Positions 1-8,848 of a stretch of DNA of 64,000 nt are shown here, in pieces. The translations under genes were made by a program, and so were the position numbers. The first letter of the stretch is position 1. Each line of letters opens with the position of its first letter. The notes beneath the pieces are model-generated. The model saw only the letters and a program-made list of their open reading frames with translations, searched no databases and had not been told where the DNA came from. The stretch comes from Thermoproteota archaeon. Lineage in GTDB: Archaea > Thermoproteota > EX4484-205 > JAAOZP01. Where the stretch lies: NCBI GenBank assembly GCA_049700215.1, contig JBNAVT010000003.1, positions 1,366 through 65,365 of the forward strand, written 5' to 3'.

Positions 1-1092
1 GCTGAAATAATGAGGAAAAACAGGATTTCAGGGCTGCCGGTTGTTGAAAACAATAGGCTGGTTGGGATAATAACCGGTAGGGACGTCAGGTTCACCGACC
101 CCTCGGTGAGCGTTGGGGAGGCAATGACTAAGGATGTTGTAGTCGCGAGACCCGGAGTAACCCCGGAGGAGGCTGTTGAACTAATGAAGAAGCATAAGGT
201 GGAGAAGCTGCCTGTCGTAGACAGGGATGGGCGGCTGGTGGGGTTAATAACCTACAGGGACGTGGCTTTGAGAGGAGAGTACAAGGGCGCCACCAGGGAT
301 GAGGAGGGGAGGCTGAGGGTCGCGGCATCCGTCTCGCCTTTCGACATCGACAGGGCCAGGCTGCTTTCCAAGCATGCGGACGCGCTCGTCATGGATGTTG
401 CGCATTTCCACAACAGTAACGTGATTGAAGCAGCAAGGAGGCTTGTGAGGGAAGTGGGTGTCGACGTCGTCATCGGAAACCTGGGCACTAGAGAAGGGGT
501 TTTAGACTCGGTTTCAAGGATCGATAACGTCGCAGGATTGAGAGTCGGCATTGGAAGCGGCTCAGTATGCATAACTACGGAGGTCACTAGAACCGGGGCT
601 CCGACGCTTTTCGCAGTCTCCCAGGCGGCTGACGCGCTTGAGGAAATCGGTGTTGAAATACCGGTGATCGCGGACGGTGGTGTTAGAAACCCTGGGGACA
701 TAGCGCTGGCCATTGCCTTCGGAGCCTCCTGCGCCATGCTGGGCTATGTTTTCGCAGGCTGCAAGGAGAGCCCCAGCCCCATGACGATCATAAACGACAG
801 GTATTTCAAGCTTCACAGGGGAATGGGGAGTCAATCAGCCAGGCAGAAGAGAATGGCTCTAGACAGGTATGCAGCCCTCTCCAAAGATATTCCGGAGGGC
901 ACTGAAGTCTGGATACCCTACAGGGGGGAGGTTGCCTCAGTGATAAGCGAGTTCGTCTCAGGCATTAGGGCAGCCATGGGCTACGCCGGAGCCTCAAGCC
1001 TGCTTGAACTCAAGACGAGAAGCAGGGTTGCAAGAGTCTTGTCGAGGAAGGAGAGGGTTGGCGTGAGCCAGAGTGTTGAGCAGCTTAAATAG
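1..1092 (+). CDS. guaB: IMP dehydrogenase with CBS pair (5'-truncated by window edge)
   Basis: Open frame from base 1; CBS motifs (ISGLPVV, VEKLPVVD), catalytic loop GIGSGSVCITT, IADGG, RGMGS, PEG motifs. Confidence 0.95.
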   Translation, partial: AEIMRKNRISGLPVVENNRLVGIITGRDVRFTDPSVSVGEAMTKDVVVARPGVTPEEAVELMKKHKVEKLPVVDRDGRLVGLITYRDVALRGEYKGATRDEEGRLRVAASVSPFDIDRARLLSKHADALVMDVAHFHNSNVIEAARRLVREVGVDVVIGNLGTREGVLDSVSRIDNVAGLRVGIGSGSVCITTEVTRTGAPTLFAVSQAADALEEIGVEIPVIADGGVRNPGDIALAIAFGASCAMLGYVFAGCKESPSPMTIINDRYFKLHRGMGSQSARQKRMALDRYAALSKDIPEGTEVWIPYRGEVASVISEFVSGIRAAMGYAGASSLLELKTRSRVARVLSRKERVGVSQSVEQLK

Positions 1093-1137
1093 CCTGCTTA
1101 GCGCGCTTAGTCTCAGCCAAGAATCCTAGGCTTGAGG

Positions 1138-2679
1138 CTAGGCGACGTGTCTCCCCAAGTATCCCCTGTGCTTCTTGAAAGAGCTTCTCAGGCTTCTGCC
1201 CACCAGGTTGTGAATCTCCTGAAGCTCCCTGTACTTCTCAACGTTAGACGGCTTCGGGCTGACACGCGTCTCCTCGTCGAGCTTAACATACCGGTCGCAC
1301 ACCTCCTGAATACTGGTCTTCTCGCCAACATGGTTCAGGTAGCACCATATTGCTTGAAGAGCCGCCCCGTAGGCCGCGCCCTCGTCGATCTTAATGCAGA
1401 CGACTTCAGCGTTGAAAACATCCGCCGCAATCTGCCTCCAAGCCCTGTTCTTCGACCCTCCGCCAGTCAGCCTTATCTCGCCGGGCCTTATCCCGAGTTC
1501 CCTCATCCTGTTCAACCCGTAGTTCATCCCGAGAGTAACGCCCTCCATGGCTGCCCTCGCAATACACTGCCTGTTGAAAGTCCTGCTGTTCAACCCGTAG
1601 TATACGCCCGTGCCCTCCGGGACGTTAGGCGTCCTCTCCCCCTCGAAGTAGGGGATTAGAAGCAGCCCGTTTGAGCCAGGGGGAGCCTCCTCAACAATCC
1701 TTGTCAACTTGTCATGCGTCATTTCGAAAAGCTCCCTGACATACTCAGTGGCCACAGTAACGTTCATAGTGCACAAGAGGGGTAGCCAAGCGTTCGTAGA
1801 GTCGCAGAAGGCAGCTATCTCCCCCTTGGGATCCACCACCGGCTTCTCAGAGTAGGCGTATATCGTGCCCGATGTTCCGAAGCTGGCTGTAACAACACCC
1901 TTCCTCACGTTACCTGTTCCAATAGCGCCCATCATGTTGTCCCCTCCCCCCGCGCTGACGATAACGTCTTCCCTGAAGCCAAACTCCTCCGCCACTCCCC
2001 TCCTGATTACTCCAGCAGGCTTATCCGAGCCCTGCAGCGGGGGAAGCCTGCTCCTGAGCCCCGGGTCAATCGCGTCAACAACCCTCCTACACCAGACTCT
2101 CCTCCTCACATCCATCAACGCTGTTCCAGACGCGTCGCCATACTCCATAACCATGTTCCCCGTCAAATAGTAGTTCAAATAGTCGTGGGGCAGGAGAACG
2201 TGGCGCAGCCTAGCGTAGTTTCCAGGCTCGTTCCTCTTAAGCCAGAGTATTTTGGGAGCAGTGTAGCCGGGGAGTATCGGGTTCCCCATGAGCCTTAAAA
2301 CATTCTTGACTCCGCCGAGCCTCCTAGTCAAGTATTCACACTCCCTCGCCGTGCTGGTGTCGTTCCAGAGCTTCGCAGGCCTTATTACCCTGCCGTTCTC
2401 GTCAAGCGGGACGAAACCATGCTGCTGGCCTGAAACCCCTATGGCCCTCACGCCCCTGGGGTCTATCCCCGTCTTAGACAAAACCTCTCTAACAGTCTTA
2501 TGGAACGCGTTGATCCAAACCTGCGGGTCCTGCTCCTTATGGCCGGGTGGAAGATTCTCTATCAAACCATAGTTTTCAACAGCCTTGCCGACAACGGAGC
2601 CGGTCTCGCCGTGGACAAGCAGCGTCTTCATGCTCTGCGTGCCTAAATCAACCCCGATGAAATACGTGTTCCCCTCCAT
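1138..2679 (-). CDS. xylB: Xylulokinase (FGGY family)
   Basis: GVDLGTQS, GVSGQQHG, KLWNDT, GGGDNMMGAIG, PYFEGERTP, LTGGGSK motifs; ATG at 2679. Confidence 0.9.
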   Translation of the reverse strand: MEGNTYFIGVDLGTQSMKTLLVHGETGSVVGKAVENYGLIENLPPGHKEQDPQVWINAFHKTVREVLSKTGIDPRGVRAIGVSGQQHGFVPLDENGRVIRPAKLWNDTSTARECEYLTRRLGGVKNVLRLMGNPILPGYTAPKILWLKRNEPGNYARLRHVLLPHDYLNYYLTGNMVMEYGDASGTALMDVRRRVWCRRVVDAIDPGLRSRLPPLQGSDKPAGVIRRGVAEEFGFREDVIVSAGGGDNMMGAIGTGNVRKGVVTASFGTSGTIYAYSEKPVVDPKGEIAAFCDSTNAWLPLLCTMNVTVATEYVRELFEMTHDKLTRIVEEAPPGSNGLLLIPYFEGERTPNVPEGTGVYYGLNSRTFNRQCIARAAMEGVTLGMNYGLNRMRELGIRPGEIRLTGGGSKNRAWRQIAADVFNAEVVCIKIDEGAAYGAALQAIWCYLNHVGEKTSIQEVCDRYVKLDEETRVSPKPSNVEKYRELQEIHNLVGRSLRSSFKKHRGYLGRHVA

Positions 2680-2906
2680 TTTTCCCGCTGGAGAAAGAAA
2701 TCGGCTGAACAATATTTAAACGTTAAAAACAGAGATTCTGCTCGAACCATTGCATCTCTTTCAAGTTTTAAAAGAATTGTTGTAAGGCGAACCATGAAAA
2801 ATAAACATTTACCCATATCAATAGGTTCAAAAGGTTGGGACGACGTGTTCTTCAGAAAGATGGCTCAAGCATTAACCATATATACCAGCGATGTTTGCCC
2901 GTAAAC

Positions 2907-3863
2907 ATGCCAATAATAGATCTGCCGCTGGAGCAGCTTAAGGTTTACAAGCCTCCGCTTACGAGGAGAAGCGATTTCCAGAGCTTCTGGAATGAGAACA
3001 GGAGGCTCTCCGAGGAGCAGCCTTTAAACCCGGTTTTAAAAAAGCTGGAATACCCTGTGAAAAGGCTTGAAGCATACCTGCTCTCCTTCGACGGCTTCAT
3101 GGACAGGACTCCAGTAAAATCCTGGTTCATAAAGCCAGTTGGAAAAGGGCCTTTCCCAGCTCTCCTTTTCCCACACGGCTACGGTTGGCACAGGGGCACT
3201 GTCTCAGACTACCTGGGCTGGATACTGCAGGGAGTTGTTGTGATGGCGGTCGACGTGAGGGGTCAATTCGGAGACACTCCTGACTTCGCGAAATACCCTT
3301 CTGGAAGCGTCACAGGATACATGACTAAAGGCATACTTGACAAGAACACTTACTACTACAGGTATGTCTACATGGATTGCGCTCGCGCGCTTAAAATCCT
3401 CTGCGAGAGGGAGGATGTTGACGAGAACCGTGTCGGCGTGGCTGGAGCCAGCCAGGGAGGAGGCTTAACGCTCGTAACCTCAGCCCTATGTGGAAAAGTC
3501 TCCCTATCCCTCCCGGAAATACCCTTCCTATGCCATTTCGAAAGGGCTGTTGAAGTAGCGGCTTCAGACCCCTACCTGGAGATACCCCGATACCTGAAGA
3601 TGCATCCCGACAAGGTTGAGAAGGTTTTTGAAACACTCTCCTACTTCGACGCGATGAATTTTGCCCCAGATGTTAAGTGCCCAATCCTCATGTCAGTCGG
3701 CCTACTGGACACGGTTTGCCCGCCTTCAACCATTTTCGCAACCTTCAACCACATAGCTTCCGGAAGCAAGGAGCTCGCGGTTTACCCGGGAATGGGTCAT
3801 GAATGCCCAAGCGTGCACAGAGAGAAAATGATAGAGTGGGTAGCCAAATACTTGCTGCAATAG
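2907..3863 (+). CDS. Acetylxylan esterase / cephalosporin-C deacetylase (CE7)
   Basis: N-terminal DLPLEQL, HGYG, DVRGQ, nucleophile GASQGG, D..CPPST, GHE. Confidence 0.9.
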   Translation: MPIIDLPLEQLKVYKPPLTRRSDFQSFWNENRRLSEEQPLNPVLKKLEYPVKRLEAYLLSFDGFMDRTPVKSWFIKPVGKGPFPALLFPHGYGWHRGTVSDYLGWILQGVVVMAVDVRGQFGDTPDFAKYPSGSVTGYMTKGILDKNTYYYRYVYMDCARALKILCEREDVDENRVGVAGASQGGGLTLVTSALCGKVSLSLPEIPFLCHFERAVEVAASDPYLEIPRYLKMHPDKVEKVFETLSYFDAMNFAPDVKCPILMSVGLLDTVCPPSTIFATFNHIASGSKELAVYPGMGHECPSVHREKMIEWVAKYLLQ

Positions 3864-3937
3864 TCTTTAAACATTCGCTTTCTCTATATGTTTTTCTCGC
3901 AAGACTTAAAAGAAACCCGCTGCCTGCTGGAGTTAGA

Positions 3938-4222
3938 ATGATCTCAAAGGTTCCTGTGGATTTAGAGAAGATTGGGAAGAAAGATGTCGATAGGCAGGCT
4001 CTCCGTGTAGCAATAATAGCTGAACTGGACGCGGTAAGCCTTTACGAGCAGCTTGCCCAGTCTGTTGACAACCAGGATGTTAAGAAAGTCCTTCTGGACA
4101 TAGCTAAGGAGGAGAAGACTCACGTGGGAGAGTTCCAAGCCCTCCTGCTGAAAATAGACAGGGAGCAGGCTCAAGAGCTTGAGAAGGGCAGGAAGGAAGT
4201 GGAGGAAATAACCGGGAAATAA
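3938..4222 (+). CDS. Short ferritin-like/rubrerythrin-domain protein
   Basis: AELDAVSLYEQ and EEKTHVGEF di-iron motifs; ATG at 3938. Confidence 0.85.
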   Translation: MISKVPVDLEKIGKKDVDRQALRVAIIAELDAVSLYEQLAQSVDNQDVKKVLLDIAKEEKTHVGEFQALLLKIDREQAQELEKGRKEVEEITGK

Positions 4223-4297
4223 GTGCGTCAATATCTTTTTTAAAAACGAATTAAAAAGGCTTTTCACATTCCACTTGGTAACCCGGGTGCTGAAGCA

Positions 4298-5335
4298 CTA
4301 TCTCGACCAGCGTTCCTCCGCCGGGGGCAGTGCTGGGAAGGGCGCGTGCGGCTCAGTCTGATACCAGTATGCTACTGAAGCAATATCGTCAGTAAGAGGC
4401 TGAAACTTACGGTCAGGATACCATCCTAAGGCTTGAATAGTAACCTTCAGGTCTCTCTTGAACCTTACGGGGTCCAGTATGTGCCACCTGTAGAGCGCGT
4501 GCCTAGGAACCTCACCCGGCTCCCTCCTGTAGAGAGGATAGCCCAGGAAGGCTGTTGAAAAAGTCTCGCCGCCGAAGCACCATGCTCCCCCGAAATAGTC
4601 CTCCGTGCCAGTTCCACAAATAGTCGGATACTCAGTGTCGCCGTCTATGAAGAACTTTACCTCCCCCTCTCCCCACCAGCCGTTAGAAAGCTGCGTCCAG
4701 GCTAAGACTGTTCCAACGTAGTGCCCGCTTCCCCTGACGCCGTCGAGAATCGTGTGCTGCGGGTTCTGCCTGCTGGTCATGGAGCGCCTCCACTGAGCGT
4801 GGAAACACGCCATTCTATCCTTAACCTCCTCCAGCGAGTAGGTGATCTGATAGTAGAACCCTCCTATGTCCTCGATCCACTGGTTTTCAACAGTTATCAC
4901 CGCGCTCCTCCTGAAAGGCATTGGAAAGTAGCAGTTGAACCCTCCGGAGGGGTTTACCGCGATGGGTATTGAGTTGACATTGTACCTCAACCCGTGGCAG
5001 TTTGCGAAGAAATCTCCGAGAGGGACTTCGACGGAAGGCTTCTCCTCACCATCCCAGTAGAAGCGTAGGACGCAGTTCCTGTAGGCTTTAGCGTCAACGG
5101 TTAGCCAAATGTGGCGGATGAAGCCGCTTCCCCTTATGTCTGCAAGCTTAACCGTCTCCCCCCTCGGCAGCGTTATGCAGGGCCTCACCTTCCAGCCTTT
5201 CCCAAGCCTTGAAGCAGGGCTTTTATCATCCGGAGCCTCCATCGCCCCCCTTCCCTTTTCGCCAGTAGGGTTCTCCGCTGAAATTGAACGCGTCTCAGCG
5301 TCGCTCAGCTCGGGAAGATAGTGTAGGAACACCAT
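4298..5335 (-). CDS. Glycoside hydrolase family 172 (DUF2961)
   Basis: SISAENPTGEKG, WWGEGEVKFFIDGD, GTGTEDYFGG, SVAYWYQ motifs. Confidence 0.9.
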   Translation of the reverse strand: MVFLHYLPELSDAETRSISAENPTGEKGRGAMEAPDDKSPASRLGKGWKVRPCITLPRGETVKLADIRGSGFIRHIWLTVDAKAYRNCVLRFYWDGEEKPSVEVPLGDFFANCHGLRYNVNSIPIAVNPSGGFNCYFPMPFRRSAVITVENQWIEDIGGFYYQITYSLEEVKDRMACFHAQWRRSMTSRQNPQHTILDGVRGSGHYVGTVLAWTQLSNGWWGEGEVKFFIDGDTEYPTICGTGTEDYFGGAWCFGGETFSTAFLGYPLYRREPGEVPRHALYRWHILDPVRFKRDLKVTIQALGWYPDRKFQPLTDDIASVAYWYQTEPHAPFPALPPAEERWSR

Positions 5336-5449
5336 TTCTAACACCGTTCTACGCTAAGGATTGCTTTAAATAAGTCTTTCTCCACGGATTCCATCTAATA
5401 TTTAATTTTTTTATCTCTATTTGTTTTCAAAATTTAGTGCAGACAGAAC

Positions 5450-5545
5450 GAGTTCAACCTCGCTAGCGACGCCGAGCCTAGCGGCCTTTCTTTAGGCTAG
5501 GGCTGTAGCAAATCCTGTATGGCTAATCCGGTTGAATCAAAAAAA
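5450..5545 (-). pseudogene. Remnant of the 3' end of a second alanine dehydrogenase copy
   Basis: Aligns by eye with 6418-6515; reads FDSTGLAIQDL...RKAARLGVASEVEL with a deletion and a stop. Confidence 0.75.
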
Positions 5546-5680
5546 CTCTTACTTTTAAGCAGCCTAAAACCCGCTGAGAAAGCACGCGCTGCAAGGGAAG
5601 CTCCTCTTAACCTCGTATTCACCAGCAACCTTATCCAGTTCACGGTAGAGAGGAAGGTTCTACGTCTCAGTAGAAGATGA

Positions 5681-5696
5681 TAGCGCGCGCGCGCTA
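5681..5696. repeat. TA(GC)nTA palindromic junction motif
   Basis: Perfect palindrome TAGCGCGCGCGCGCTA upstream of vapBC. Confidence 0.85.
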
Positions 5697-5726
5697 AAAC
5701 CGTTTAGCTGAAAGCCTTTTTAAAGC

Positions 5727-5757
5727 TTATATACATGTATTACAAGTAAAATTTGTA
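5727..5757 (+). promoter_or_regulatory. TATA box and probable antitoxin operator of vapBC
   Basis: TTATATAC about 25-30 nt before the ATG at 5757, overlapped by palindrome ATACATGTAT and followed by inverted repeat TACAA-N7-TTGTA. Confidence 0.6.
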
Positions 5758-5999
5758 TGACAGTAATTACAATACGGGTGGATGAGGAAACGAAAAGAAT
5801 GATGAAGAAGATGAGGGTTAACTGGAGTGATTTCATCAGAAACGCGATAAGGATGAAGATAGAGGAAGAGAATAGGAAGAACATGGCCAAAGCAGTTCTG
5901 ATCAACGAGAAGCTGAGGAGGAAAAGCAGGGGTGAAGCCAAGGCTGAAGAAATCATCCGGAGATTTAGGGAAGAACGATACGCCTCTAGCAGTTGTTGA
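5757..5999 (+). CDS. vapB: VapB-type RHH antitoxin
   Basis: TVITIRVDEE...VNWSDFIRNAI; ends EEIIRRFREER; overlaps the PIN gene. Confidence 0.85.
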   Translation: MTVITIRVDEETKRMMKKMRVNWSDFIRNAIRMKIEEENRKNMAKAVLINEKLRRKSRGEAKAEEIIRRFREERYASSSC

Positions 6000-6393
6000 C
6001 GCGAGCATAGTAGTAAAGTGGTTCGTTGAAGAAGAGAATTCTGAAAAAGCCTTAGAGATTAGAGACAGATATGTTGAGGGAGAAATGAAACTGATAGCTC
6101 CTGAAATCATAATCTTCGAGGTGTTGAACGCTTTATATTGCAAGAAGCTTTTCTCAGAGGCCGATATGAAAGAGATTTCTGACGCCCTGTATTCGTATTC
6201 GTTTGACTTATACTCTCTTAAAGGCAAATATGCAGAGAAAACCATAGAAGCAGCGTTCGAGAACGCTATAACAATTTACGATGCATCCTACGTTTCCCTA
6301 GCAATCATGAAGAACGCTTACTTTTATACGGCAGACAGGAAGCTAATAGATGGGTTGAGAGAAGAATATTCAAAGCATGTTAGAGTAATATAG
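5980..6393 (+). CDS. vapC: VapC PIN-domain toxin (start uncertain: ACG at 5980 or GTG at 5932)
   Basis: VVDASIVVKWF, EVLNAL, IYDASYVSLA, TADRKL. Confidence 0.85.
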   Translation, partial: TPLAVVDASIVVKWFVEEENSEKALEIRDRYVEGEMKLIAPEIIIFEVLNALYCKKLFSEADMKEISDALYSYSFDLYSLKGKYAEKTIEAAFENAITIYDASYVSLAIMKNAYFYTADRKLIDGLREEYSKHVRVI

Positions 6394-6395
6394 GG

Positions 6396-6408
6396 TTAGC
6401 GCGCTTAG
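6396..6408. repeat. TA(GC)nTA-type junction motif
   Basis: TTAGCGCGCTTAG just after the vapC stop; identical 13-mer at 1098-1110. Confidence 0.8.
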
Positions 6409-6411
6409 AAT

Positions 6412-8436
6412 CTAAAGGAGTTCAATTTCACTGGCGATGCCGAGCCTTCTAGCCTTCCTGTAAACCAGGGCTGCCGCGGCTAAGTCTTGTATGGCCAAAC
6501 CCGTGGAATCGAATATTGTTATCTCGTCATCACTAGTCCTCCCGGGCTTTCTCCCAACTATGATTTCACCTAGTTCCGCATGTATCTGCTCAGGCTTGAA
6601 AATGCCTTTTGAAACAGGAACGTTCAGCTCCCCATAGTGACATGCCTGCTCGTAGTCATCCACGACGACCTTCGCCCTCTTAAGAATCATGGGGTCCAGC
6701 TCCTCCTTTCCAGAATTACCATTCATAGTAACCCTGCCATTTCGTTTTATGATAAGTATGTGGTTCTTGTCCAGTTGTGGACAGGCTACTAAAGAGTTAT
6801 TTTTTACATATTTTACGTCTTGCCCATATATGCTTCGCGTAGCATACCCCTTCTCTGCTCCAATTTGAACGGTATAAACCGGATGAATAGGGTTAATTTT
6901 TCTATTGAGAAATCCTCCCGTCGTTATCCTGCCCTTTCCTTCCGACCCAACTGTGCAGAATCTTCCAAGTTTTATTGCGAGTTCTATAACGTTGTCTGCT
7001 AGAACTTTTGACGTAGTAGAATATGCACATCTTTCCCTCCCTCCTCCAGTCCTTCTCCTCCAACCGTCTCCGTCTATCAAGGAGTTGAATAAATGGATAA
7101 GGTATTTTTTATCAAGTTCCAGAAATTCTTTAGGTATTCTTTTTTCATGCCTGTTTTTTCCTACATTATTTTTTAGGTATTCATAGATTTGCTTAGATCC
7201 AAATGACCAGCCATCCTTTAATCTAGTAGCATGCAAACCCATTCTGGCTAGCAGCCTCCCAACCCTCTCGCTTTTTCGTTTATCTTTTTGGTGTATGTTT
7301 ATACTATAATTTGAAGCTTTTAGAGAACCCTCGGAGATAAACCATCCCAAAAATTCCATCCAATCCTTCATTTTAAAACTATATTCTTTCTGATAGTTGT
7401 TGGTCTTTTTTATTTTTGGAAGAATGAAAGTTTTTCTATCCACACCTTTCCATTTAACTTTTATAGTTGTCACAGTCTGCCATCTATTTATCAACTCCGA
7501 AGCTTTAACGAAGCCTAAAAATCTTTGTCCGTCGCGTGAAAAACTTGGGATATTATGATTAGGTGTAACTAAAAAATCTGTATATAGGTTCCTTACATGA
7601 ACCATATCACCATTGAATTCATAGAAGTGCATTTTTATTACGCTAGCTTTTTCGAGTAGACCGTTATTTGGGTTTACTGACCATACGGTCATGCCTTCCT
7701 TTATTTCTCCAACTGGAATAAAACCATCCGGCGTCATTATTCCAGTATCGAGAGAATAGCAAGCGTCTGCACCTATAGCGTTAATATGCATGCCCTCTTC
7801 AACCCATTCGTTTTCAACCAGGGGCCGGGTTACTGGCGTGGTCGTCACTAGGATGTCGCAGCCTCTCACTGTTTCCTCAACACTCTCTTTAACCACGATT
7901 TTTAGGCCGAGGTACTGCATGTCTTTCGCAAACTTTTCACACTCCATTCTCGTCTTAGCGCAAACCCTGGCCTCCTCTATCTTGAAAACCTCGTTCAAAG
8001 CCATTAGCTGGGTCCTAGCCTGGGATCCTGCGCCAACCATCCCGATTACTCTTGAACTCCTCCTTGCGAGATGCTTTGCAGCCACACCCCCGGTTGCTCC
8101 TGTCCTCATGCTGGTCAGATAAGTGCCATCCATAATGGCCAGAGGCCTACCAGTATCAGGCTCTATCAGGACTATTGTCGCCATGACCGTGGGTAAGCCG
8201 TGTTTCTCAGGATTGTTCGGGTGCACGTTCACTATTTTCACGCAAGCCATCTCGAGGTCTGGAATATACGCCATCATCGTCCTATAATCGCCCTCCGGTA
8301 AGGTTATGTAGAGTTTCGTCGGCATCTGCACCCTCCCCATTGCTTTAGCCCTGAAAGCCTCCTCCATCGCGTCCATCAGCTCCCTCATTGAAACAATTCT
8401 TTCAACGTCCTTTCTCGTGATTAAAGAGACTTTCAT
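6412..8436 (-). CDS. ala: Archaeal alanine dehydrogenase (ornithine cyclodeaminase/mu-crystallin family), intein-containing
   Basis: KIVNVHPNNP, TSMRTGA, GAGSQARTQ, HINAIGAD, FDSTGLAIQD; exteins total about 325 aa. Confidence 0.9.
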   Translation of the reverse strand: MKVSLITRKDVERIVSMRELMDAMEEAFRAKAMGRVQMPTKLYITLPEGDYRTMMAYIPDLEMACVKIVNVHPNNPEKHGLPTVMATIVLIEPDTGRPLAIMDGTYLTSMRTGATGGVAAKHLARRSSRVIGMVGAGSQARTQLMALNEVFKIEEARVCAKTRMECEKFAKDMQYLGLKIVVKESVEETVRGCDILVTTTPVTRPLVENEWVEEGMHINAIGADACYSLDTGIMTPDGFIPVGEIKEGMTVWSVNPNNGLLEKASVIKMHFYEFNGDMVHVRNLYTDFLVTPNHNIPSFSRDGQRFLGFVKASELINRWQTVTTIKVKWKGVDRKTFILPKIKKTNNYQKEYSFKMKDWMEFLGWFISEGSLKASNYSINIHQKDKRKSERVGRLLARMGLHATRLKDGWSFGSKQIYEYLKNNVGKNRHEKRIPKEFLELDKKYLIHLFNSLIDGDGWRRRTGGGRERCAYSTTSKVLADNVIELAIKLGRFCTVGSEGKGRITTGGFLNRKINPIHPVYTVQIGAEKGYATRSIYGQDVKYVKNNSLVACPQLDKNHILIIKRNGRVTMNGNSGKEELDPMILKRAKVVVDDYEQACHYGELNVPVSKGIFKPEQIHAELGEIIVGRKPGRTSDDEITIFDSTGLAIQDLAAAALVYRKARRLGIASEIELL
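6715..7761 (-). mobile_element. Intein with LAGLIDADG homing endonuclease (349 aa)
   Basis: Starts CYSLDTGI after GADA; block B LVTPNHNI; FLGWFISEGS, LFNSLIDGDG, YSTTSKVLA; ends TMNGN before +1 Ser; AT-rich relative to the exteins. Confidence 0.92.
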
Positions 8437-8601
8437 CCAGTTTTCTACTCTAAATTTCAGTATTTAAGGGTTTTTCAGAGAAAACGGTTTAACACGCCTG
8501 AAACACGCGTTGAAAAGCGTTTAAGGCTTCCGCCGCTTCTTCAAGCTAACCGCAACTAGCCACGGGCTTCTCGAAAGCGTAGCGCGCGAGCCCAGCCTCT
8601 C

Positions 8602-8787
8602 CTAATCTATTTTAACCTCATACTTGTTAGCGAGTATCTCCATCTGCTCGTCAAAGTTCCTGATGCCTTGGAAGTAGAGCTTAGTCGCCTCATCGTCCAG
8701 CTTTTCCTTCCCAATCTTGTTCAGCAATGCTTCCGCTATTTTCTCAGCCCTAGTCTTCTCGTTCTTCTTTTTCCCGAACAGCACCAT
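8602..8787 (-). CDS. Small hypothetical protein (61 aa)
   Basis: ATG-started ORF with upstream TATA-like TTATAAAT on the minus strand; charged helical composition. Confidence 0.6.
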   Translation of the reverse strand: MVLFGKKKNEKTRAEKIAEALLNKIGKEKLDDEATKLYFQGIRNFDEQMEILANKYEVKID

Positions 8788-8848
8788 TTTCCCCAGTCCT
8801 CTCCAGGGGAATTTATAAGTTTTTCCTCCTCCCCGGGGTCGCGAGGGT

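Noticed and set aside
1098-1110. GC palindromes as simple transcription terminators
   Set aside because: Some lie between convergent genes, but many sit inside broken coding sequences or upstream of promoters and lack oligo-T tracts, so termination cannot explain the set.
1132-1659. 175-aa plus-strand ORF
   Set aside because: Antisense shadow of xylB with no recognisable motifs.
3381-3396. GCTCGCGCGCTTAA inside the CE7 esterase gene
   Set aside because: It encodes the in-frame DCARAL region of an intact gene; treated as chance. The same applies to GCGCGC near 46129 and 62145.
5727-6245. 172-aa minus-strand ORF
   Set aside because: Antisense to vapBC.
5681-6408. Classical integron attC sites
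   Set aside because: No RYYYAAC...GTTRRRY-bounded long imperfect hairpins were recognised and there is no integrase in the window.
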